Shown piece after piece: positions 40,425 through 49,858 of a stretch of 64,000 bases of DNA. Origin of the DNA: Candidatus Limnocylindria bacterium (GTDB lineage: Bacteria; Eisenbacteria; RBG-16-71-46); the NCBI GenBank assembly GCA_035632955.1, contig DASQFU010000048.1, positions 3,164-67,163 of the forward strand. The letters are read 5' to 3'. Made by a program: the position numbers and the translations under genes. The notes beneath the pieces were generated by a model, which searched no databases, had not been told where the DNA came from, and saw only the letters and a program-made list of their open reading frames with translations. The first letter of the stretch is position 1. Every line of letters begins with the position of its first letter.

Positions 40425-41900
40425 CTACGCCGCCGAACGGTTCTCCGGAGGAGTTGGGTACTGCTCGGCGCTCAACACCCGCCGGATGCTGCGCTCGGGC
40501 GGCACCGGACGCAGCTCCAGGATCTTGTGCGGAGCGAGATGCTCGCCGGCCGCAGTCACCACGATTCGCGCATGCGGCCGCCCCAGGTCCGCGGCGTTCG
40601 GGGCCACGACCAGTGCGATCGAGCCGTCGTCCAGCTCCACCATCTGGCCCGGCGGATAGAACCCGACGGTCTGCACCAGCGCCCATAGCATCGCCGGGTC
40701 GAACTGTTTCTTCAGCGACCCCAGCATCATGCCGAGCGCCTGATACGGCGTCACCGTTGCGCCGCGCGCGCTGCGATGGGTCTGGAGGCTCACGTAACAG
40801 TCGGCGACCGCGACCAGGCGCGACAACACGCTGGCCGTCCACCGGCCTTGCAGCGCGGGATAGCCGCTGCCGTCCGCCGCCATGTGGTGCTCGAGCGCGA
40901 CCCGCATGCAGCGCAGCGTCGTCTGATTCAGCGTCGTCGAGCCGGCGATCAGCCGGGCGCCCTCGGCGGGATGGCGTTCCGCTGCGACCTGCTCTTCGGG
41001 CGTGAACTGCCCGAGCGGATGGCGGATCTGGTCGGCCACGACGTCCTTGCCGACGTCGTGCAGCAGCGCCGCGACGCCGAGATCGGCCAGCGCGCGCCGG
41101 TCCATCTCCAGGTAGTGACCCATGCTGACCGCGACCATGCAAACGTTCACGGCATGGGCGTAGGTGTATTCGTCGTGGTGGGTGAGGCTCGAAAGCCCGA
41201 CCACCACCGGCTCGGAAGCGAACGCCCCATCCACGAGCGGCTGGACGACGCGCTTGGCGTGACGCAGCTCGGTTCCGGCTTGTAGGCTCGTGGTCGTGAG
41301 CAGCGAGCGTGCTCCTTGAAGCGCCGCCGAGTAACTCTTGCGCGCGGCGCCGCGCGGCGCGTTCCCGACCACGCCGGGGGTGCCCCCGCCTTCTTCACCG
41401 CCGTGACCACCGGCCGTCGCTGCGCCGCCGGTGGACGGATCCGTCGCGCCGGCCCCGGCGGACTCACTGGCGCCGGCTCCCCAGGCGGGCCAATCGTATT
41501 CGGAGGAATCGTCCGGCGCTTCGGCCGAGGCGTGGATCGCCGGCAGCAGGTGATCGGCGCCCTGGGCCAGGCACGCGGTCAGGAGCTCGGTGCCTTGATA
41601 CGTGTCCGACTGCAGGAACAGGCGGAAGAAGATCGAGATCTCTTCGTCGCGCAGGCCCTTCAGCGCCCGGAAGCCGGCGATGCGCCGCCGCTTGAACTCC
41701 TCGAGCACCGACTTGTGGAAGCGCAGGTTGTTCGACTTGAACGGGACGCGCACACCGTTCAGGAACAAATCGTCTTCGAGCGCGACCAGGACCGCCTCGC
41801 CGTGCTCCTCCAGCAGCGGGGTCAGGACCTCGCGGAAGTAGTCGAGCTGGCGCGTGAAGACCTGGTTGCTCATGTCGTACGAGCGACCGATGCGCACCAT
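40425..41900 (-). CDS. HD-GYP domain c-di-GMP phosphodiesterase with ~240-aa uncharacterised N-terminal domain
   Basis: The 1046-aa ORF was trimmed to the ATG at 41900, because upstream the HEAT gene occupies 42002.. in another frame. 'HHDEYTYAHAV...LLHDVGK' HD motif. 'HHMAADGSGYP' GYP motif. Confidence 0.8.
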   Translation of the reverse strand: MVRIGRSYDMSNQVFTRQLDYFREVLTPLLEEHGEAVLVALEDDLFLNGVRVPFKSNNLRFHKSVLEEFKRRRIAGFRALKGLRDEEISIFFRLFLQSDTYQGTELLTACLAQGADHLLPAIHASAEAPDDSSEYDWPAWGAGASESAGAGATDPSTGGAATAGGHGGEEGGGTPGVVGNAPRGAARKSYSAALQGARSLLTTTSLQAGTELRHAKRVVQPLVDGAFASEPVVVGLSSLTHHDEYTYAHAVNVCMVAVSMGHYLEMDRRALADLGVAALLHDVGKDVVADQIRHPLGQFTPEEQVAAERHPAEGARLIAGSTTLNQTTLRCMRVALEHHMAADGSGYPALQGRWTASVLSRLVAVADCYVSLQTHRSARGATVTPYQALGMMLGSLKKQFDPAMLWALVQTVGFYPPGQMVELDDGSIALVVAPNAADLGRPHARIVVTAAGEHLAPHKILELRPVPPERSIRRVLSAEQYPTPPENRSAA

Positions 41901-42001
41901 CGACGAGAACCGGAGCAACACCTGGGCGCCAGTCTCGCGCAGCCGTTGATCCGCCGCGGCGGCGGGCGTGCCGTCGCGCGCGGCCGACTTCGCCGGCACC
42001 G

Positions 42002-43771
42002 TCACGGCTGGCTCCGGATGGCCATGCCTTCGAGGCAGGCGCTGCGCACCGCTTCGCTGCGCGAGCGCACCCCCGCCTGGAGGGCGGCGGTCGCCTTCGG
42101 CGTGCCGATCCTCTGCAACGTGCGGGCGGCGGCGACGCGCTGCAGGGTGCGGCGCGCGAACCAGCCGCCGCGATGGAGCAGGGCTTCCAGCGCGGGCACC
42201 GCCTCGTCTCCCGCCACTTCGCCGAGCGCGCCGAACAACGCTCGCTGGTTCTCTTCGTTGCGCGACTCGAAGTCGGGCGCTTCGACCTGGTGAAGAATCG
42301 CGCTCGCGACTTCGGGGTCCTTCTGGCGGGCGAGCATGTTGAGGCTCGCGGCGAGGAGCTGTGGATCGCGCGTGTCGAGCTGGCCGATCAGGATCGGCCG
42401 GCGCGCATCGGCCGGCACCGAACCCAAGGATTGCACGACTTGTCGGCGCACGCGCGGCTCGGGATGGAACGCGGCCGCGCGCAGCAGGCTGACGACCCCA
42501 GGGCCGCCGATCTGCCCGAGCACGAACACCGTGTTGCGCACGACGTACCAGCGCGAGTCGGCGAGGTAGGGCGCCAGCAGCTCGGGGTGATCGTTGCATA
42601 GGTAGCAGAGCATGGTGCAGGCCGCCGCGCGGGTCCGGCTCTTCTGTGCATAGGCCATGACCGCGCACGCGAGGTCCAGCGCCGGCTGGCCAACGCCGAC
42701 CGCGAGCGCCGAGAACTGCGCCTGATCCGGGGCTTCCGACTCGTCGAGCTGCTCGGTGATCTGCTCGCTGTCGAGCGCGGAGATCGCCGCCGCCAGCGTG
42801 CCGTCCGTCACTGAGCCGTCGGGATCGAACTCGCGCAGCAGCGCGAACGCGCGTTGCGCCTCGTCCCAAGCGCAGCTCTGAATCGCGCCCGCGAGCCAGT
42901 TCGCGGCCGCGTGAGCAAAGACGTTCCGGCTCTCCGGGGTCGGGTTCAGGCCGTGCAGCAAGCGCAGCAGCTCGGGCGCCTGATCGCTCCAGGGAGTCGC
43001 CCGCTCGCTTGCCCATTCCGTGAGGAACCGAGTGCGCGCGAACTGCATCGTCGGCAGGATCGCCTGGTAGGCCGCGGGCACTTCGACCGACGCTTCCGGA
43101 AGGTGCCAGTCGTCGAAGCTGTCGCGATGCAGGCCCTGAGCGACGTTCGAAACCTGGCCGAGGTCGGCGCGGATCTCGGCGCCGCTCGGCGACCACGCGT
43201 AAGCCAGTCCTTGCCGGCCACCGCCACCGCTGCCGGTCGGCCGGCGCGACGACAGGTAGATGGTCTGCTCGGCCGGCACGGCTTCGATCTGGAGGTACAC
43301 CGTGTTGGCCTGCCAGAGCAGCGTCACCAGATCGTCCTGCGTCTGAGGACCGACGCCGGTCAGCAGCAGCGCTTCGAACAGCGCCTCGAACTCGTGGCGG
43401 GGCAATCCCGGCTGAAAGGCGAGGCCGCGCACGCCGTCGCGGTAGAGCTGGAACGGCAGTGGATTCCTTCGGCTGGTCTCGGCCTCTGCGCTCGCGTCTT
43501 CCGCCGGGCGGACGACCGGCTCGTCGCCGAGGAAGATCTCGTTCGACGTCACCCGGAACGCCCACAGGCCGTGGATGCTCAGATCTTCACTCAGCATCTG
43601 GAAGAGATGATCTCGAGCGGCCTGAGCGATCGCGTTCTCGGCGCGATAGAGACGGCAGGTCTTCAGCGTGCGCGCGAGCTGGCGGAACCAGCGCGTCGCG
43701 GCTTGCGCCGATGCGGATAGCTGCAGGAAACTCAGATTCCGAGTTGGATTGGTCTCGGGTGTGGTCGTCAT
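42002..43771 (-). CDS. HEAT/PBS-lyase-like repeat protein
   Basis: Repeated 'VRxxxxxxLGxIG' HEAT-like units in the C-terminal half. Confidence 0.6.
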   Translation of the reverse strand: MTTTPETNPTRNLSFLQLSASAQAATRWFRQLARTLKTCRLYRAENAIAQAARDHLFQMLSEDLSIHGLWAFRVTSNEIFLGDEPVVRPAEDASAEAETSRRNPLPFQLYRDGVRGLAFQPGLPRHEFEALFEALLLTGVGPQTQDDLVTLLWQANTVYLQIEAVPAEQTIYLSSRRPTGSGGGGRQGLAYAWSPSGAEIRADLGQVSNVAQGLHRDSFDDWHLPEASVEVPAAYQAILPTMQFARTRFLTEWASERATPWSDQAPELLRLLHGLNPTPESRNVFAHAAANWLAGAIQSCAWDEAQRAFALLREFDPDGSVTDGTLAAAISALDSEQITEQLDESEAPDQAQFSALAVGVGQPALDLACAVMAYAQKSRTRAAACTMLCYLCNDHPELLAPYLADSRWYVVRNTVFVLGQIGGPGVVSLLRAAAFHPEPRVRRQVVQSLGSVPADARRPILIGQLDTRDPQLLAASLNMLARQKDPEVASAILHQVEAPDFESRNEENQRALFGALGEVAGDEAVPALEALLHRGGWFARRTLQRVAAARTLQRIGTPKATAALQAGVRSRSEAVRSACLEGMAIRSQP

Positions 43772-43976
43772 CCCATTGCCTCACCTGCGACCGAGCGGGT
43801 GCGATCGGGCACGCCGGGCCTGTGACGGCGCACCGGCGTCCAGGTGCGTGCGCTGCTCGGGGTCACGCGTGGTATCGGCAACCAGCGCAGGACTTTTTAG
43901 CTCGCAGGCGTTGGGGGACCAGCGCCTGCCGTCGGCTCGGCGCCACGGCTCCTGCGGGACGGGGGGCCGCGGCTGC

Positions 43977-44005
43977 TTGACTGGGCGCGCGGCAGTGTCT
44001 AACCT
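43977..44005 (+). promoter_or_regulatory. candidate sigma70-type promoter for rpmH (TTGACT-N17-TAACCT)
   Basis: Sequence pattern ~40 nt upstream of the rpmH ATG. Confidence 0.3.
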
Positions 44006-44045
44006 GCCTCTCTTCCCTCGCCGTAACTCATTGCAGACACGAGGA

Positions 44046-44189
44046 CTCTTCGCACATGAAGCGGACGTACCGTCCCCGCAATCGTCACCGGAAGAAGACC
44101 CACGGGTTTCGCGCTCGGATGAAGAGTAAGAGCGGCCGCAAGATAATTTCCGCCCGCCGCAAGCAGGGTCGCAAGCGCCTGACGGTTTC
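44046..44189 (+). CDS. rpmH: 50S ribosomal protein L34
   Basis: Hand translation [47 protein letters not shown]. Not in the ORF track (<60 aa). Confidence 0.95.
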
Positions 44190-44311
44190 CAGCAGCTGAA
44201 CCCCGGGTCCACCACACCTTGCAGCTTGTTCACGCAGGCCCCGCGCTCGGACTCGGGCGCGGGTCTCTCGTTCCCCTCCTCGGCGTGACGCCAGGCCCCC
44301 GACGGCCGACC

Positions 44312-44698
44312 ATGAGCGCCCAGCATCCGGAACGACTCGCCCGCTGCCACCGGATGACGCGTACCCTGGATTTCGCGTCGATTCGCGCGCGCGGCATCGC
44401 GTATCGCGGACGTCACTGCCTGGTGCTCGCACTCGCTTTGCCGGGCGAGACGACGCGCGTCGCGTTCGTCGCGAGTCGCAAGTCGGTCGGCGGCGCCGTG
44501 CAGCGCAATCGCGCGCGTCGGCGGTTGCGTGAGATCGTGCGGCGGCGCTGGCTGCGCGTGCCACCCACGGGCTACCTGCTCATGTTCGTCGCGTTGCGCG
44601 GCATCCTCGCCGCGCCGCACCAGGAGCTGGCGAGCGACGTCGAGCGCGTGCTGGCCGCCGCCGGAGCTCTGGCCCCGATCGCGCCGGTCGAGGACTGA
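44312..44698 (+). CDS. rnpA: ribonuclease P protein component
   Basis: 'FVASRKSVGGAVQRNRARRRLRE' RnpA signature. Conserved position after rpmH. Confidence 0.85.
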   Translation: MSAQHPERLARCHRMTRTLDFASIRARGIAYRGRHCLVLALALPGETTRVAFVASRKSVGGAVQRNRARRRLREIVRRRWLRVPPTGYLLMFVALRGILAAPHQELASDVERVLAAAGALAPIAPVED

Positions 44699-44699
44699 C

Positions 44700-44909
44700 G
44701 TGCGAGCGCTTGCCGGGTTCGCGATTCGCCTCTATCAACGCTTTGCGCCGCCGTTGCTCCGTGGCGCATGCCGCTACACGCCGAGCTGTTCCTCGTATTC
44801 GCGGGAGGCGATCGAGCGTCACGGACTCTGGCGCGGGCTCGGGTTCGCGCTCCAACGTCTGGCGCGCTGCCATCCGCTCGGCTCGAGCGGCTACGATCCG
44901 GTGCCGTGA
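44700..44909 (+). CDS. yidD: membrane protein insertion efficiency factor YidD
   Basis: GTG at 44700. 'LYQRFAPPLLRGACRYTPSCSSYSREAI' YidD motif. Confidence 0.85.
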   Translation: MRALAGFAIRLYQRFAPPLLRGACRYTPSCSSYSREAIERHGLWRGLGFALQRLARCHPLGSSGYDPVP

Positions 44910-44911
44910 GG

Positions 44912-46720
44912 ATGGAACGCCGCACCCTGATCGTCGTTTTGGCGTGCCTCGCCTTGATGTTCGCCTATCCGTTCCTGCTCAAGTCGTTCGGACTCGATCG
45001 CTATCTCCGTCGCACGCCGCCGCCGCCGGCTGCGGTGGACACCGCGCGCGTCACCGGCGCGACGGACGCCCCGGTCTCCGACACCGCGGCTCCGATCGCG
45101 CCGCCAGTTCCGAGCGCCCAGCTCGGCGCGGTCCCGGTCCGGGCGGCGCAGGCGGAGCTGGAGCGGACGCTCCACATCGACACGCCGCTCTATCGCGCCG
45201 AGTTCTCGAACCGCGGCGCACGCCTGGTGGCCGTCGAGCTGAAACGCTACGCGGCCGCGCACGGCACCGAGCGTCCCGCGCGCCCGGACCGCAATGCCGA
45301 GGTTCCGGCGGCCGACCGCGTCGTGCTGGCCGGCGGCCCGTCGCTCGCCCTCGATCTCGGAGCGGGTGGCGCGCGCCGTTCGCTCGCCGATGCCGCGTAT
45401 GCGGTGCAGGAGAGTCTGGACGCAGCGGGCATGACACGGTCGCTTACGTTCACGCTGCGCGACGCCGAGGGGCTGTTCGTGCGCCAGACCTTCCGCGTCC
45501 GACCGGACGGCTACGCCCTCGACCTCGACGTCGAGATTCGCGGCGTTCCGGCCGGTTGGCGGGTGGCCGACTATTCGCTGACGGCGCGCTCGTGGCCGCT
45601 CGTCAACGAGTCGAACGCGATGGACGACGCCCGCTCACTGCGCGCCACCAGTCTGGTCGGCACCAATCTCCACCGCGAAGGCATGGGTGGAATCAAGCGC
45701 GCGCCGCGAGTCTTCGACGGCGCCGCGACCCTGGCCGCGGTGCAGACCCGCTACTTCGTGGGCGCGGTCGCGGTCGCCCAGGCGACCGGCCGGAGCGTGA
45801 TCTCGCAGTCCGAGGTACGGCGCCTGGACCCGGGGCTGCTCGGGCGCATGCCGCAGGGCAGCCCGGTCACGCAGGAAGTCGCGGTCAACACGCTGGTGGT
45901 GGGATTGCCCGGAGAAACCAATCCGCTCAACCGCTTCGTCGTCTACTTCGGACCCGGCGAGTACATCCGGCTCGCGCGGCTCGGGCACGGCCTCGATCGG
46001 CTCGTCGATCTCGGATGGGCGTGGATCACGCCGTTCAGCAAGGCGCTGCTCCAGCTCCTGGTCTGGCTCCATGGCCTGCTCAAGAACTATGGCGTCGCGA
46101 TCGTTCTGCTCGCGACCCTGGTCCGCGTCGCGCTCCACCCGCTCAACATGATGAGCATGAAGAGCATGCGCTCGATGCAGCGACTGCAGCCGGAGATGGA
46201 GCGGATCAAGGTGAAATACAAGAACGATCCGCAGGCGATGAACACGGCGGTGATGGCGCTCTACAAAGAGAACAAGGTGAACCCCGCGGGCGGGTGCCTG
46301 CCGATCCTGCTTCAGATGCCGTTGTTCATCGCCCTCTACTCGGTGCTGTTCAACGCGATCGAGCTCAGGCAGGCGCCGTTCGCGGCCTGGATCCAGGATC
46401 TGTCCGCGCCCGATCACCTGTTCTCGATCGGTCCGTTTCCGATCCGCGTTCTGCCCCTGGTGATGACCGGCAGCGGGCTCCTGTCGCAGAAGCTGACGCC
46501 GACCGACCCGCGTCAGGCGCCGACCATGTACCTGATGAACGTGATGATGCTGGTGTTCTTCTACAACCTGCCGTCCGGGCTGGTGCTGTACTGGACGGTG
46601 ATGAACCTGCTGACCGCGCTCCAGCAGTGGATGGTGCTGCGGGATGACGGGCCGGCCGCACCGGCCCCCGCCCTGGCGGCCAGCGCCAGACCGGTGGCCA
46701 AGAAAGCCTCCGGGAAGTAA
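44912..46720 (+). CDS. yidC: membrane protein insertase YidC
   Basis: ATG at 44912 with GAGG RBS. N-terminal TM, periplasmic domain and C-terminal 5-TM core 'LPILLQMPLFIALY'. Confidence 0.9.
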   Translation: MERRTLIVVLACLALMFAYPFLLKSFGLDRYLRRTPPPPAAVDTARVTGATDAPVSDTAAPIAPPVPSAQLGAVPVRAAQAELERTLHIDTPLYRAEFSNRGARLVAVELKRYAAAHGTERPARPDRNAEVPAADRVVLAGGPSLALDLGAGGARRSLADAAYAVQESLDAAGMTRSLTFTLRDAEGLFVRQTFRVRPDGYALDLDVEIRGVPAGWRVADYSLTARSWPLVNESNAMDDARSLRATSLVGTNLHREGMGGIKRAPRVFDGAATLAAVQTRYFVGAVAVAQATGRSVISQSEVRRLDPGLLGRMPQGSPVTQEVAVNTLVVGLPGETNPLNRFVVYFGPGEYIRLARLGHGLDRLVDLGWAWITPFSKALLQLLVWLHGLLKNYGVAIVLLATLVRVALHPLNMMSMKSMRSMQRLQPEMERIKVKYKNDPQAMNTAVMALYKENKVNPAGGCLPILLQMPLFIALYSVLFNAIELRQAPFAAWIQDLSAPDHLFSIGPFPIRVLPLVMTGSGLLSQKLTPTDPRQAPTMYLMNVMMLVFFYNLPSGLVLYWTVMNLLTALQQWMVLRDDGPAAPAPALAASARPVAKKASGK

Positions 46721-46866
46721 TCTAGGACTCCATACCCACGGCGGCCGCCGGCAGCGGAACCCTGGTTCTGCGCCGTGATCGGTCGCACAACGATGGTTCG
46801 CGACGCGCAACCGCGCGGGTCCCCTCGAGGTTCGCACTCCCGCGCCGCGCATGCAGAGGTCGAAAC

Positions 46867-48345
46867 ATGGAGCCCAAAGGCTCGATCTTCGAGGGCAAGA
46901 CTCTCGATGACGCCGTTCGCAAAGGTTTGGACGCACTCGGCTTGTCCCGAGCGGAAGTGATGATCACGGTCATGGAGGAAGGCTCGGGCGGCTTCCTCGG
47001 CATTGGCGCCCGCCCGTATCGCGTGCGTGTCATGGCGCGCCCGGGCGGCGCTCTCCCCGAATCCGACGATCGCGGCGGGCGTGGCCGGCCCCGTTCCGGC
47101 CGCAGCGACCGCCAAGACCGCGGGGAATCGCGAGGCCGACCGCGTGGCGAAGGTGGTCGCGGCGGCTCCGAACGCCCGCGCCGCGAGCGGGCGGGAACCA
47201 CGGCGCGCAGCCGCGAGGAGCGTCCGGCCGGAGATTCCAGACGCCGCGCGGGCGCGGATGCGCGGTCGCGAGACGAGCGCCCGAGCGTCGAGCCCCGGCC
47301 ACGAGGCGAGCGAGGCGGCGGCGAGATGCGCCCGCGAGCCGAGCGGTCGGGCGTCGAGCCGCGATCGCGTGGTGAGCGGCCCGACAGCGATTCCCGATCG
47401 CGGGATGAGCGGCCGAGTGGTGAGTTCCGATCGCGTGGTGAGCGGCCGGACAGCGATTCCCGATCGCGTGGTGAGCGGCCGAGTGGCGAGTTCCAATCGC
47501 GCGGTGAGCGCGGTCGGCCCGAGGCTCGACCGCGCGACGAGGCGCAGGGCGCCGATCGGTACCGGAGAGAGGCCCAACCTCCGGCGCCCACTGCGAGCGG
47601 ACCGATAGACGAATCGGCCGAGCCGGGTGAGGGGCCCCGACGCCGGCGGCGCCGCGGTCGTCGCGGTCGCGGGGGCGGAGACTTCGAGGCCACGCCGCGT
47701 CCAGACGCGCGCTCGGAGACCGCGCTCGCCACGGCGCCGATCGCCGAACCGATGGAAGACGCCGAGTCCGGGCGCGAGGACGCGGGCCATTTGCCGCGTT
47801 CTCGTGACGAGGAATCCGGTCGTCGGCCGCGTCCCCGTGACGACGAGTCCCCCGGGATGTCGAGCGAAGCGCTGACGGAGCTCGCCGAGCGGGCGACCCG
47901 CGATCTGCTGAAGGCGATGGGATTCGATGGTCAGGTGACCGGGAAGGCAGACGGCACGACCGTCGAGGTGACGGCCGAAGTGTCCGACGACGAAGAGCTC
48001 CTGACCGGTCGCAAGGGGGAAACTCGCCAGGCGCTCCAGCATTTGCTCACTCGGATGATCAACCGGGGCGAGGGATCGCGCTACCACTTGCAGCTCGAGA
48101 TCAACGACTTCTGGCAGCGGCGTGAAACCGAGCTGGAGGCAATCGCCAAGGGGCTGGCGGAAGAGGCCCTCTCGGGGCAATCGGAAGTTCTCACGGAGTA
48201 CCTCAACGCCCAGGAGCGGCGCATCATTCACGTCACGCTGCGCGAGGACTCGCGCGTGAAGACCTACGCGATCGGCGAGGGGCTCATCAAGAAAGTGGCG
48301 GTGGCTCCCGCCGACTTTCCCGAAGGCGTGAGATCCGAGCCTTAA
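46867..48345 (+). CDS. khpB: Jag/KhpB-like RNA-binding protein (Jag_N + KH + R3H) with long Arg-rich repeat insertion
   Basis: N-terminal 'FEGKTLDDAVRKGLDALG'. C-terminal KH/R3H 'RIIHVTLREDSRVKTYAIGEG'. ~300-aa RG/RS/ER-rich insertion in between. Confidence 0.8.
   Translation: MEPKGSIFEGKTLDDAVRKGLDALGLSRAEVMITVMEEGSGGFLGIGARPYRVRVMARPGGALPESDDRGGRGRPRSGRSDRQDRGESRGRPRGEGGRGGSERPRRERAGTTARSREERPAGDSRRRAGADARSRDERPSVEPRPRGERGGGEMRPRAERSGVEPRSRGERPDSDSRSRDERPSGEFRSRGERPDSDSRSRGERPSGEFQSRGERGRPEARPRDEAQGADRYRREAQPPAPTASGPIDESAEPGEGPRRRRRRGRRGRGGGDFEATPRPDARSETALATAPIAEPMEDAESGREDAGHLPRSRDEESGRRPRPRDDESPGMSSEALTELAERATRDLLKAMGFDGQVTGKADGTTVEVTAEVSDDEELLTGRKGETRQALQHLLTRMINRGEGSRYHLQLEINDFWQRRETELEAIAKGLAEEALSGQSEVLTEYLNAQERRIIHVTLREDSRVKTYAIGEGLIKKVAVAPADFPEGVRSEP
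47281..47530 (+). repeat. in-frame tandem repeats (~60-nt unit; peptide SR[GD]ERP[DS]..S/F..) inside jag
   Basis: Near-identical DNA blocks 'cgatcgcgtggtgagcggcc...' recur 3-4 times. Confidence 0.6.
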
Positions 48346-48451
48346 GCCCGGATCCGAGCGATGTCTTGCGCCGGGCTCGCGTCAGGGGCCCGGCGTTTTG
48401 CATGAGCGCCCGCGGGGGGTTCGCCGTGTTCGCGCTCGATTGGGAGCATGC

Positions 48452-49858
48452 GTGAATCTCGATGACACCATCGCCGCGATCGCGACTGCGCCGGGTGCGG
48501 CGGGGCTCGCGGTCGTCAGGGTGAGCGGGTCTTCGGCGTTGCCGATCGCCGCGGCTGTGTTTCGGGGTGCGGCGCCACTGACCGCCGCCGGCAGCCACAC
48601 GTTGCACCACGGCTGGGCGCACCGGCCTGCGCGGGGCACGCCGGGTGAGCCATCGTCACCGCCAATTGACGAGGTCGTGGCCGCCGTGTTCAAGGCTCCG
48701 CGCTCGTACACGCGCGAGGACGTGGTGGAGATCTCCTGCCATGGTGGCGCGTTTGCCGCGCGTCACGTGCTCGCCGCGCTGCTCGCGTCCGGCGCCCGGC
48801 TCGCGCGTCCCGGTGAGTTCACGCTCCGGGCGTTCATCCATGGCCGGCTCGACCTCGCCCAGGCCGAGGCGGTCGCCGACCTGATCCGGGCCGAGACGGA
48901 ACGCGCGCACGCGCTGGCGCTGGCGCAGCTCGCGGGGGCGCTCTCGCGCCGGCTGGATGCGATCGGCGAGCGGATCGCCGACGCCGTCGCCGAGGTCGAG
49001 GCACGCGTCGACTTCGCAGAGGACGTCGGCGGCATCGAGGTGCCGCCGCACGTGGTCGCGGCGATCGCCGCGGTCGACGCCGAGCTGGCCGAGCTGCTCG
49101 CGGGCTCTGCTTACGCGCGCGCGGTGCGCGAAGGCGTGCGCGTGCCACTGGTCGGCCGGCCGAACGTCGGCAAGTCGTCGCTGTTCAACGCGCTGCTCGG
49201 CGAGGAGCGCGCGATCGTCACGCCGATCGCCGGCACGACGCGAGACCGCGTCAGCGAGGCGATCGAGATCGCCGGCATCCGCGTCACGCTCTCGGACACC
49301 GCGGGCCTCCGAGAGGACGCAGAGAACGTCGAAGCGATCGGCATCGCAGTCGCGCGCCAGGCAATCGCGCAGAGCCCGGTCGTGTTGTGGGTCGTGGACG
49401 GCTCGGAGCCGCTCGGCGACGAGGATCGCGCCATCGCCGCGCGGCTGCCGGGCAAGCGCGTGTTGGTCGCGCTCAACAAGATCGATCGGGGCCGGACGGT
49501 GCATCGCGAGGACGTCGAACGATTGCTCAACGGCGCGCCGCGCCGGACGGTCATGGTCTCGGCGGCTCGCGGCGAGGGACTCGCCGACCTTCACCGCGCG
49601 CTGGCCGAGCTGCTGGACGTCGGACCGGAGCGCGGCGCGACCGGCGGTGCGCTCGGCAATCTGCGTCATGCCGAAGCGTTGGAGCGAGCGCGGGAGGCAC
49701 TGGCGCGAGCGCGCAGTGCGGCCGGGGAGCGCATGCCCGGGGAGATCGTCGCGATCGAGCTGCGCGAAGCGCTGCACGCGATCGGCGAAGTGACCGGTAA
49801 GAGCGCCGGCGAGGACCTGCTGGAGCGCATCTTCAGCCGCTTCTGCGTGGGGAAATGA
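48452..49858 (+). CDS. mnmE: tRNA modification GTPase MnmE
   Basis: GTG at 48452 with GGGAG RBS. '[11 protein letters not shown]' N-domain. G1 '[10 protein letters not shown]'. C-terminal 'CVGK'. Confidence 0.9.
   Translation: MNLDDTIAAIATAPGAAGLAVVRVSGSSALPIAAAVFRGAAPLTAAGSHTLHHGWAHRPARGTPGEPSSPPIDEVVAAVFKAPRSYTREDVVEISCHGGAFAARHVLAALLASGARLARPGEFTLRAFIHGRLDLAQAEAVADLIRAETERAHALALAQLAGALSRRLDAIGERIADAVAEVEARVDFAEDVGGIEVPPHVVAAIAAVDAELAELLAGSAYARAVREGVRVPLVGRPNVGKSSLFNALLGEERAIVTPIAGTTRDRVSEAIEIAGIRVTLSDTAGLREDAENVEAIGIAVARQAIAQSPVVLWVVDGSEPLGDEDRAIAARLPGKRVLVALNKIDRGRTVHREDVERLLNGAPRRTVMVSAARGEGLADLHRALAELLDVGPERGATGGALGNLRHAEALERAREALARARSAAGERMPGEIVAIELREALHAIGEVTGKSAGEDLLERIFSRFCVGK

Noticed and set aside
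41901-43565. N-terminal 555 aa of the 1046-aa ORF containing the HD-GYP gene
   Set aside because: R/G/P-rich extension overlapping the HEAT-repeat gene in another frame. The gene was trimmed to the ATG at 41900.
43772-44045. Expectation of dnaA/oriC next to rpmH-rnpA
   Set aside because: The upstream neighbour is a divergently oriented HEAT-repeat protein, not dnaA. No DnaA-box cluster was recognised, so no origin is claimed.
47281-47530. Tandem repeats that could be mistaken for a CRISPR-like array
   Set aside because: The repeats are in-frame coding repeats inside jag. The spacers are not unique and there is no cas context.
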